A stretch of 64,000 nucleotides of DNA from a virus. Position numbers and translations under genes: made by a program. Positions 17,560 through 26,083 of the stretch are shown here, piece after piece. Within the stretch, counting starts at the first letter, position 1. The number at the start of each line of letters is the position of its first letter. Location: the IMG/VR virus record IMGVR_UViG_3300028840_004475, positions 32,001-96,000 of that record, one strand, 5' to 3'. The notes beneath the pieces were generated by a model. The model did not search any database. It was given only the letters and a program-made list of their open reading frames with translations, and was not told the DNA's origin.

Positions 17560-17900
17560 CCGTCACCCCCCGTGGGGGGGTATACGGGGGGGTTTTGGAA
17601 AATCTGTCAACGGTAAAATGATCTTTCTTCGTGGCTCAGTGATGGCGACCATTTACGCGTTTGCCTAATTACGCCAACGGATTGTTTACGTAGTAAGCAA
17701 GAGAAATCGAATTATGGCCAAAAAATCGCGTGTAGGTACCTATAGGCACCGACGACGCTTGCCTATTTTTGCACATTAAAAACTAGATTTCATGCAGATA
17801 CTGAAAACTAGGTAGATATGTTCAATTATAGGTACCTAATCTATGCACAAACCATGTCAATTTTTCAGTCAGATAAATCTATATGCATAGAATTGCCAAC
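17560..17900. promoter_or_regulatory. Divergent AT-rich control region or candidate replication origin
   Basis: Non-coding and AT-rich relative to the genome. TAGGTACCTA palindromes at 17733 and 17829, TTGCCTA at 17661 and 17759, G7-TATAC-G7 at 17574-17592, minus-strand TTGACA at 17605-17610. Confidence 0.5.
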
Positions 17901-17917
17901 CGATCACCAGCGATCAC

Positions 17918-17946
17918 TTGTAGTCACTTTTTAGCGAAGATATGGT
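17918..17946 (+). promoter_or_regulatory. Putative sigma70 promoter for the plus-strand genes
   Basis: TTGTAG-17 nt-TATGGT upstream of a GGAGAGGAG RBS and ATG 17989. Confidence 0.4.
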
Positions 17947-17988
17947 AGCTCGAGAGTATCCTAATGCAGGCTGGAGAGGAGAGTTGAA

Positions 17989-18210
17989 ATGGGTACAAAA
18001 GCTATCGAAGCAACCGATGTTTCCATAGATGAAGCAATCAACACCGTTGATCGCTGTTTGCTTTGCAATTACACGATCGGCGCCATTGGAAAACACACCG
18101 AATCTGATCCGCCCAACACCGAGTACTGGTACGGCATCTGCGGCGACTGTCAACACTTGGAAGACAAGGACGACCAAGTGGCAACTGCCATCTCCGACAT
18201 GTTTGAGTAG
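17989..18210 (+). CDS. Small Zn-binding hypothetical protein
   Basis: CLLC..CGDC, strong RBS. Confidence 0.65.
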   Translation: MGTKAIEATDVSIDEAINTVDRCLLCNYTIGAIGKHTESDPPNTEYWYGICGDCQHLEDKDDQVATAISDMFE

Positions 18211-18309
18211 CCATTTTCTAGCAAGAGTAGTGAGGCTGGCGGGTATTATAGAAGCAAGGTCTGAGCTGATCAGGCAAGTGCAAGCCATGCTAGATACGGT
18301 AGGTGAACA

Positions 18310-18798
18310 GTGACAGCATTCATCGTCGCAGGTCTCTTCTTCCTCTGTTCTATCCTTGGCATCGGCATCCTGATGTACAGGGCGTACCTAAATGGTCGTC
18401 CTGCGATGCAACTGTCCTACGGGACTGCCATCTATTTGCATGATGGCATTAGCCCTTACGCAGGCGAGATTGAAAGTCAGATCGAAGACCTACTCAGAGG
18501 TCTTCACAATGCGCAGTTGCTGGACATCAACAAAGCCAAAGAACATGTCGCCGAGATGTCGATCCACCTGTACCCACCGAAGGGTGCGAATGGTGGTGTC
18601 ACCGACCCGTCAACTGGCAGACTGCTCGAGGGCATCACTGAGAACCAGTGGCAGATCCACGTCACATGGAAGGCTCCCCCTAACAGGACAGCACTACGCT
18701 ACGAAATGATCAACGCATTGACCTGGAAGTTCGAGGGTGCTGACTTCGCGCATGACGAGGGAAGCGAAGCGCGTCAACCGTGGGACAGGTTCCAGTAG
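18310..18798 (+). CDS. Membrane-anchored hypothetical protein
   Basis: N-terminal TM helix, AGGTG RBS before GTG, zincin-like TALRYEMINAL segment. Confidence 0.7.
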   Translation: MTAFIVAGLFFLCSILGIGILMYRAYLNGRPAMQLSYGTAIYLHDGISPYAGEIESQIEDLLRGLHNAQLLDINKAKEHVAEMSIHLYPPKGANGGVTDPSTGRLLEGITENQWQIHVTWKAPPNRTALRYEMINALTWKFEGADFAHDEGSEARQPWDRFQ

Positions 18799-19008
18799 CT
18801 ACTTGGTCTTTTCCTCGACCTTTTCTTCCTTCTTCACCTCGACCGTCACCTTGACCTTTGTTGTTGCGTCCTCGACTGCACCAGCATCTTCCGGTAGTGC
18901 GGGTTCGGCAGCCTCGGACGGCTTCTCTGGTGGCTTTGCCTTCTTCGTGCAGCAGGCCATGGATAATGCGACCATCAGGACGCACATGTACATCGTGAAC
19001 TTCTTCAT
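18799..19008 (-). CDS. Small putative lipoprotein
   Basis: MKK + hydrophobic stretch + LSMAC(C) lipobox-like motif, followed by a P/K/E-rich tail. GGAGG RBS. Confidence 0.6.
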   Translation of the reverse strand: MKKFTMYMCVLMVALSMACCTKKAKPPEKPSEAAEPALPEDAGAVEDATTKVKVTVEVKKEEKVEEKTK

Positions 19009-19027
19009 CTTACCCTCCTGTTGTGGA

Positions 19028-21622
19028 TCAAATCAGCTCAAGAAAGACTGATTGCAATTTCTGCCTGTCGGCTGCTATCGACAGAGTCAGATACGTGGTC
19101 TCTGTGCCGTCTGACAACGTTACATCTACCACATCGCCAGGTGCGAGCCCGTACGTATCTTCGTCAAGTCTCAAGCCAGTCTTGAAGGTGGTTCTAGCGA
19201 GAGCCAGCATAGCCACGTAATGGTCGGCTATCTTGTTCGCTGTGAACGAGTCAACTACATCAGGAAGAAGAATCTCTTCGTACGACCTGACAGTGTTGTA
19301 GACGGCGTAGCTGTCTCTGCACGGCTGGTCGTTGCTCTTGTTGCGCCTGATGACGCCATCATATTTGTCTGTGATGCCGTTGTAGGCGTACTTGAAAGTA
19401 AAGTCGTTGTACACCTCAGACAGTGGCGGTCTACTCCAGGACTGTTTGCCAGTGAAGTGCTTCTTTTCTTCCAGCTTGAATGATGGAGTCTTGTTGTCCA
19501 GGTCGAATACTTTCATGTGGATTTTGCCGTCTTTCCACAACCAAGTGCTCTTCGACTGTTTGGCGATCCTCTCTATGATTTCTTCGCCATTGACGACGTC
19601 TGTTATCGCGACACCAAGCTTCCAATCCTGCAGTCTAGACTTCGCATCAGCGAACGACTGGTCATCTATCTTGGTAGTGTCGCCATCGATGTTCGTGTAG
19701 TTAAGCAAGAAGTGCTTGATGATGTCTATCGGGTGCTCTATCAGCCCTTCTGGCGTCCCTGTTATTGAACCATCGATGTCGTAGTGTCCTCTGAACGACA
19801 CATACACCTTGCTGCTGCCGAGTCCATACCTGATCGGGAACTGTGGCTTTCCATTGATTATCGGCATGTCGCCGTCGTTGGTTGTGAACCACCCATCATA
19901 TTCGTCACCGCGTAGCTTCACCGCAGTAACGACTTCGCCGTCGTTGGTAGTGATCTCGACAAGCTTGTGCAGAGGCGTAGTGTTCTTGGTTGGGTCAGCA
20001 GGGTCACGTAGGTCGTATCCTGATTCATGCCAACGGTCTATCTCTGAGATGCTTTTTGGCAGCGGGTTTGGGACATAGTCTATGATGCCAGGTTTCACCA
20101 GCATGCTGTTGGCGTTCTCATCAAGTCCGTAATATACGAGTATCTCGCTGGGAGACTTGTCGTATATCTTGTGGCCTGCGATGACGTAAACGTCGTCACC
20201 GGCTGACAGTGAGTTCTGCCGAGTACTCTTCGATGAGATAGCCCACACCGCCCACATTTTATCGACAGCGCCGTACACGATTGGGAGCGGCCTGCCAATA
20301 CTGTCTGCATTCTCAGGAGCCGGACGCCTTGTCACCATGAGAGTAGCGGAGCTACGCGGTTCGATGGACACGTTGTCGATGGCACAACTTATGTCGCCAA
20401 CTGAATCGTAGAAACCAACCTCTGGACCGGTTCCACCTTCCAGCTCCAGCTCGTACCAGCCAGCAGCATTGATGTCGGTTCCTGAGTTGGTACCTGCACC
20501 GAGCGATACCCTCAAGAACGAGGTTCCTGACGTGCTTGAAAACGACACGACCTCGAACTTCAGCTTGTACTTTACTCCAACGACCATGTTGAACGCTGGA
20601 TTGGTGGAGACATTCTGTCTCAAGAAGCTAGTACCAGTACCGCTAGTAAAAGCTCTCTTGTTGACGCTGTCCCAGCTCCATGTCGAGTAGAACCATGGAG
20701 ATGTTGCTATTGGTATCTCGAACCCACCATCTTGCAAGTCTACCGTCGCACTGTTGATGACATTCTTCATCGTGTTGTTGATGACATCTCTCATCTCATA
20801 CGGCGCACTAACAGGGGCAGTGTTGAGTCTGAGGTTGTCATCTATCATCGTGTAGAGGAAGTATCTGTCCAGCACGGTTGGAAGACGAACCCAGTCGTCT
20901 TCAGAATCGACTGCTATAGCAAACTCGCCAATGGCGAAGTTGTCACTTTCAGGGTCTGCAAGCTCTCCTTCTGCGTCAACTACATCGACTCTTGCACCGA
21001 CCCAATAGTCGTCAGTGTGGCCAGCCAGTGCTGGGTGGTTCACATATTTAGCATACTGGCTATCGAGAGTAGCCACGTGATTCCATGCTACGAGGCGCAT
21101 CGACATAGAACTAGACGGCGTGATCTCTGGGTTACCAAGCATCACCCTCGTCTGGAATGTGCGCTCGTTGAAAATGATTGTTGGCACGTTGCGGAACGTG
21201 TTCTCATCTTCAGTAAGAATTCTGAACGAGATCTTTGACCAATCCCACTTCAAACCGTCGATGCGGCCCGTGATAGAAGCAAGCACCTCGTCATACATGT
21301 TGCCCCTGACAAGGTATAGAGAAGCTATACCAGACTCAAGAGCGACTGGAGAGTTGCCTAGATGCAGATCGTCTTCATTGAACAGTTCGATATTTACGTT
21401 ACCGACACTGGGCCTGTTGCCCTTCACACTGATTGAATTGCTGATGCTGTTCCTGTTTACTATCGCACCCTTGTACAGCACGACGTCGTCTTCTACGATC
21501 ACTCTGCCGTCAGTTGATGTAGAGAACTTGTGTGCCAGACCTGCTCTATCAGAATACCTGTAGCTTCTGTCGGTGAGGTCGATGTTCAGCAGTACTCTGA
21601 CGTCTCCATAATCCTTTGTCAT
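19028..21622 (-). CDS. Tail tip/baseplate hub protein (Tal/gpJ-like) with CBM-like insertion
   Basis: Last large gene of the tail module. GRPLPIVYG, EHPIDIIKHFL, LAPGDVVDV. Internal DGGFE..IDNVSIEP beta-sandwich. Confidence 0.65.
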   Translation of the reverse strand: MTKDYGDVRVLLNIDLTDRSYRYSDRAGLAHKFSTSTDGRVIVEDDVVLYKGAIVNRNSISNSISVKGNRPSVGNVNIELFNEDDLHLGNSPVALESGIASLYLVRGNMYDEVLASITGRIDGLKWDWSKISFRILTEDENTFRNVPTIIFNERTFQTRVMLGNPEITPSSSMSMRLVAWNHVATLDSQYAKYVNHPALAGHTDDYWVGARVDVVDAEGELADPESDNFAIGEFAIAVDSEDDWVRLPTVLDRYFLYTMIDDNLRLNTAPVSAPYEMRDVINNTMKNVINSATVDLQDGGFEIPIATSPWFYSTWSWDSVNKRAFTSGTGTSFLRQNVSTNPAFNMVVGVKYKLKFEVVSFSSTSGTSFLRVSLGAGTNSGTDINAAGWYELELEGGTGPEVGFYDSVGDISCAIDNVSIEPRSSATLMVTRRPAPENADSIGRPLPIVYGAVDKMWAVWAISSKSTRQNSLSAGDDVYVIAGHKIYDKSPSEILVYYGLDENANSMLVKPGIIDYVPNPLPKSISEIDRWHESGYDLRDPADPTKNTTPLHKLVEITTNDGEVVTAVKLRGDEYDGWFTTNDGDMPIINGKPQFPIRYGLGSSKVYVSFRGHYDIDGSITGTPEGLIEHPIDIIKHFLLNYTNIDGDTTKIDDQSFADAKSRLQDWKLGVAITDVVNGEEIIERIAKQSKSTWLWKDGKIHMKVFDLDNKTPSFKLEEKKHFTGKQSWSRPPLSEVYNDFTFKYAYNGITDKYDGVIRRNKSNDQPCRDSYAVYNTVRSYEEILLPDVVDSFTANKIADHYVAMLALARTTFKTGLRLDEDTYGLAPGDVVDVTLSDGTETTYLTLSIAADRQKLQSVFLELI

Positions 21623-24600
21623 GTCGGATCTTCCTCGAACGTCAGGGAGATGCTAGTCAAGTAGCCACCATTCTTTGGCACTCCGATTGACGGCTGTTCA
21701 CGGCACGCGACGACATCGAACGTGTACGTATACCCCGAACCATTGAACTCTTCAATATTCGGAACGTAGTATACTGTCTTGCCTCTAGCATGCTTCCACA
21801 TGTTGTAGATTTGGTCTTTGAAGCCAGCAACGTTCATGTCGATTGCGTTGAAATTCAACGTGCGCTTCAGAGTCGTGGGCCCTCTCTTCTTGGTCTTTAT
21901 TGCGCCGCCGTCCAGCCTCACTATAGAGCTGTTCCTTGTTCTCTCTTTTTCCTCTGGATACTCTGGATTCCATTGGAACTCGTCGAACATTCCTATTCCA
22001 AGACTGCCAAGTTGGAAGTAGCCTTCTGGAGTAGGATACGTGAACGAGCCTTTGTCAAAGGTCAGACGGAAGTAACGATGTCTGCGCTTCGTGCTGAATC
22101 TGATCGCGATTCTGTCAGACAGTACGTCTATGAAGTCAGATGACGTTTGCGGTATCGTCACAGCGTCCGCGCTTCTCTCGTACACGATGTATCTTCTGTC
22201 GTTCGATACAACGCGATAGCTGCCAACAGAATTGGTCTCACTGATGAAGGCACGACCCTTCAGGCCGTCCTGAACAAAATCTGGCACCAACCCAGTGAAA
22301 TGGATGATGTGTGTTTTGTCAGATGCAGTCAGCTTCTCGTACTCGAGGTGGTCATGCTCTGTCATGTCCAGCGTCAGAGGACTACTTGATGGCCAGCTGT
22401 CGCTAGTGTTCGCATCGAAGATGATGTTCTTGCAGTTTGCGCCATACAGTATGACTGTGTCGTATTCGAGGTCGTGACCAGCATCTATGACGATGCTTTT
22501 ATCAGCTGAATCGTCAACAGATTTCCAGAGAGAAGATGGACTCTCCAGTATGTTTTCTTTTGGGTACGACCTCGTGCTTTCGTCGGTGAGCTTCCACTCG
22601 TTGCCCTTGAAGCTGATACCGTTGCCGAAGGAGTATGTGACACCCTTAGGCGTGCGTACTGGCTCACCGTTTTGCAGACTTTCTCCGATCACTCTGTGCA
22701 AGTACGGGTCGACCAAGCATGAGTCGCCATAGGCGAACATCTTGAATTCTTGTTGGCTAGGTGTGCCCCCAGTGCCATCGAAGCAGCCAAGCTTGACCTG
22801 TCCCAGTGTGTTGCCAGGTGTCGCGTACTCTTGAAGGTTGTGCGATTGAGATATTGCATACCAGTCTGTCGTACCTTCTGGTCTACCGAATATCGAAAGT
22901 TCAGGACGGTTACTGAGGTTCGGTGCAAGGTCTACTGGATAGACAAATATGGCGAATTCCCACCATAGCTGCAGGTTGATGCTTGAGATTCTGTCTGCGA
23001 ACAACCAGCCAGTGCCCTGTACGTAGTATTCGACTTCAATCTTGGCGTCGTTAGCACCGATACTTGTTTCCTCAACAAATCGTATACGGAACCTTACTTC
23101 GTTGCTCGTTACAGAGCCGCCAGCGATTATGTATGGCATCGTGCATTCGAATACTGTTCTTGCAGTGCCAGCCAGATTACTTAGGTAGCTTCTCGTCGAC
23201 AAGAATGCAGTCATACCTCTGGTTTTGTAATCGAAGAATCTTACAGGTATAGACCTAGATGCATTCGTATTTACTGTACCAGCAGTGAAGTCGTACTCCT
23301 GCATGAAGTAACCGACGTTGTCTTCAGTTACCCGAAGCGTGTAGTCGCTGACAATTGTGTACGTGAAACCGCCATCTACTTCAAAGCCAGATGTTTGTGG
23401 CCTAGCATCAAAATTGAACGCATGCCAACAAGCATTGAAATTTGCGAACAGTGTTCTGTTAGAATAGTTGTTGCTTTCACTACCTACCAGAGCTATTGAC
23501 TTGTCCCTCTGTATGAGACCGAACAATTCTCCTTCATAATTGTGGCGCCTTACAAAGAAGGTCGGGTCGTCTTTGTGCCACACAAGAGAGTCCAACATCG
23601 TTCTGAATCGGTCTGACACTCCATAATGTGTAACGAATATCCCATACTCAAGAAGTGATAGCTCGTTGCCAACATCCTGTTGGTACTCTTCGTAATCTGC
23701 GAGATAAACCTTGCGTATCTCCTTTGCCAGAAACTGTCCTTCTACACGTTCGATGTCTCTCACGAATCTGTATTTTTGCAACACCATTCCGTGAGAGAAG
23801 AAATTGTTTCCAAGACTCAACGCAGATACGTCTGCAGAAATCCATGCTTGGTTGAATTGATCAACGGTCAAGTCGATGTTCGAACCGATTCTAACCGCAT
23901 CCTCGTATGGTATCTGTCTAGGCGGATCGTAACCAGGAAGCGTCGAGCCAACAAGCTGTACAGTATTGCGTCCCGTCATGAGACCAAGGTTGTCGAAGGA
24001 CGCTGTTTGCTGGCCGTTGGAAAAAAGAAACACTTTCCCTAAACGTAGATTGTTGTCGTTTGTTGTTATGATCAAATCTTCATTGAAATATACTTTTATC
24101 TCATCTTCTCCACTGAACAGAACAATGCACGTACCCCACGTGTTCTTGACAAACTGAACCGTGGCAGTGGAACCGATCAGAGTTTCAACTCCTGCCAGTA
24201 CGCGCTTGACAGAAACGTCAACTGTGCCGCCACTTGCTTGTGCATTGTTCGTACAGTCGAAATCAATAGCATAGAAATTGTCGCTGTCTTGTCTGCAGAA
24301 CCCGATACCAAAATCGTCAACGTCTGTCGTATTAAGCTCGACCCGTACGCCGACAGTACGATTCATAGTAGGGTCGTCTTGCAACCAAATGATCTGCGTA
24401 CCACCTTTAGCTTGCCCACTGAAATAACCAGGACCATTTATGTTGCTTGGTTCTTCTAAAACGCCACCAGACACATTCCAATCTGATGGTGGGTTTGTTG
24501 CGCCAGCATAATCAAATATCTCGTACTTTTCAGCGAGAGAAGACTTTGTGAATTGGTCGATCAATTTGTACGATGTCGTATCTACAATTGACGCTTCCCA

Positions 24601-26082
24601 ATCCAGTAGATCATCCTTCACGTTGTAGTAGAAATAGAGCTTAGAAATGTTGACGTAATGTTGTGAACGACGACTGGACAGCTCTTGATACGAACCAGTG
24701 CTCTTCAAAACAAGAACGAACTTGTCTCCCTGTGGGTCGTATCCCAAACCAAAGTTAGACGCCGCACTGTTGGGGCTGAAGGTATCCGACGCAATGACCG
24801 GATCGCCAAAGAGATATGCTTCGCCGGGAATCTGCCCTTCAATTGACGACGACACAAACTCTTGCGGGACAGTAGTCCAGCTCTTGCCAAGATCCTCTGA
24901 GATGACGAGGTTCAGTATTCTGTAAGAGTGGATGCCATCGTCTTCAAATTCGACATCGCAGTCTTCACCTGTTGTCCATTCGCCAGGTGTGGCTCCGGTT
25001 TCTTCAACTGTTATGTCGCCGCTATCGTAATCGACCGTACCAGTGACGTTGGAACCAGATATGACACCTGCCCCATCATCGGTGGCCTTTATCGTTGAGC
25101 CATTCTTGGCCACTACAGAATATGGTTTGATTGATTTACCAGTAGGGATATCCAACGTATCAGTGAAAGTATCCAGGCTAGTAGTACCAGTACCAATCGT
25201 CTGTGTATGAATCGCTTCTTCAGTTCCATGAAGCATCATCCCAACAACTAGTTTGTTGTTGTAGAAGGTGGCCTTCAGTACTGCACTTGTCTCATACGCA
25301 TATGGAAGCGTTTCATCGAGAGGCTGCGACACGTCGCCATAGAACGGTTCAATGATGAACTGTCCGTATCTCTCCCAGGTGGTTCCGTGATCCTTTGTGA
25401 TTGACACGTAGACATATTGGTTCTTGTAGCCCGATGTCGACGCATCTTCTTGCAGCCCAAAATAGAACAGCAGCGTACCGAGGTTTGGTATAGTAACGAA
25501 TGCCGGGTAGACTTCGATATAGTTTGAACCGCTATATATGCGCGATACAGTATCTACTGTAACGTATGCACCCCACGCCTGCGTGCTCTCTGACCTTGTG
25601 GACACGTAGACACGCTTGTACGTCGTGTTGTATATGCGAGAGGTCGCTCTCATCAACACAGTGCCATCAGAATGGCCGACCTGTACTAGCTCTGCACCAG
25701 CTGCAGCTGCAGGGATTATTCCGTAACGACACTGAGCCCAGTACTCATCTCTGGACTTCTCGTCGCTCGTGTCTTCGTGGTCTTCTATCGTTATCCTTGC
25801 CACGCCAAGTGATGGGTCCGGGACGTCAACTGGATGGCGGTAGTTACCGTGTTTGTCTACCAACGGTCCAGTGTTGATTGACTTGATAGTCATGCCATTG
25901 GTTGTGTCCAGAGATTTGGCGTCGTCAACGCCGACTATGGATAGCTCAGCTGAATTGCCACTTGATGTAGTGATTGCTTCGACAGCTATATTGTACTTAG
26001 CTGAAGGATCGGACTCGCTCAGCACACTGCCGAAGGCAATGTTGTAGTCGTGGAAGAAGCCTATTTTTATGCCGGTCGACAT
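21619..26082 (-). CDS. Large tail protein (1487 aa): Asp-box beta-propeller, lectin-like domain, distal-tail-like C-terminus
   Basis: Asp-boxes SITKDHGTTW and SEDLGKSW, DDFGIGFCRQDSDNFY, C-terminus shared with the 1544-aa neighbour. Confidence 0.7.
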   Translation of the reverse strand: MSTGIKIGFFHDYNIAFGSVLSESDPSAKYNIAVEAITTSSGNSAELSIVGVDDAKSLDTTNGMTIKSINTGPLVDKHGNYRHPVDVPDPSLGVARITIEDHEDTSDEKSRDEYWAQCRYGIIPAAAAGAELVQVGHSDGTVLMRATSRIYNTTYKRVYVSTRSESTQAWGAYVTVDTVSRIYSGSNYIEVYPAFVTIPNLGTLLFYFGLQEDASTSGYKNQYVYVSITKDHGTTWERYGQFIIEPFYGDVSQPLDETLPYAYETSAVLKATFYNNKLVVGMMLHGTEEAIHTQTIGTGTTSLDTFTDTLDIPTGKSIKPYSVVAKNGSTIKATDDGAGVISGSNVTGTVDYDSGDITVEETGATPGEWTTGEDCDVEFEDDGIHSYRILNLVISEDLGKSWTTVPQEFVSSSIEGQIPGEAYLFGDPVIASDTFSPNSAASNFGLGYDPQGDKFVLVLKSTGSYQELSSRRSQHYVNISKLYFYYNVKDDLLDWEASIVDTTSYKLIDQFTKSSLAEKYEIFDYAGATNPPSDWNVSGGVLEEPSNINGPGYFSGQAKGGTQIIWLQDDPTMNRTVGVRVELNTTDVDDFGIGFCRQDSDNFYAIDFDCTNNAQASGGTVDVSVKRVLAGVETLIGSTATVQFVKNTWGTCIVLFSGEDEIKVYFNEDLIITTNDNNLRLGKVFLFSNGQQTASFDNLGLMTGRNTVQLVGSTLPGYDPPRQIPYEDAVRIGSNIDLTVDQFNQAWISADVSALSLGNNFFSHGMVLQKYRFVRDIERVEGQFLAKEIRKVYLADYEEYQQDVGNELSLLEYGIFVTHYGVSDRFRTMLDSLVWHKDDPTFFVRRHNYEGELFGLIQRDKSIALVGSESNNYSNRTLFANFNACWHAFNFDARPQTSGFEVDGGFTYTIVSDYTLRVTEDNVGYFMQEYDFTAGTVNTNASRSIPVRFFDYKTRGMTAFLSTRSYLSNLAGTARTVFECTMPYIIAGGSVTSNEVRFRIRFVEETSIGANDAKIEVEYYVQGTGWLFADRISSINLQLWWEFAIFVYPVDLAPNLSNRPELSIFGRPEGTTDWYAISQSHNLQEYATPGNTLGQVKLGCFDGTGGTPSQQEFKMFAYGDSCLVDPYLHRVIGESLQNGEPVRTPKGVTYSFGNGISFKGNEWKLTDESTRSYPKENILESPSSLWKSVDDSADKSIVIDAGHDLEYDTVILYGANCKNIIFDANTSDSWPSSSPLTLDMTEHDHLEYEKLTASDKTHIIHFTGLVPDFVQDGLKGRAFISETNSVGSYRVVSNDRRYIVYERSADAVTIPQTSSDFIDVLSDRIAIRFSTKRRHRYFRLTFDKGSFTYPTPEGYFQLGSLGIGMFDEFQWNPEYPEEKERTRNSSIVRLDGGAIKTKKRGPTTLKRTLNFNAIDMNVAGFKDQIYNMWKHARGKTVYYVPNIEEFNGSGYTYTFDVVACREQPSIGVPKNGGYLTSISLTFEEDPT

Positions 26083-26083
26083 A

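Noticed and set aside
17169-17668. Small ORFs of 70-90 aa in the control region, and a possible tmRNA or tRNA (GGGGGTGA start)
   Set aside because: No convincing RBS or motifs, and no T-arm/CCA end or cloverleaf found.
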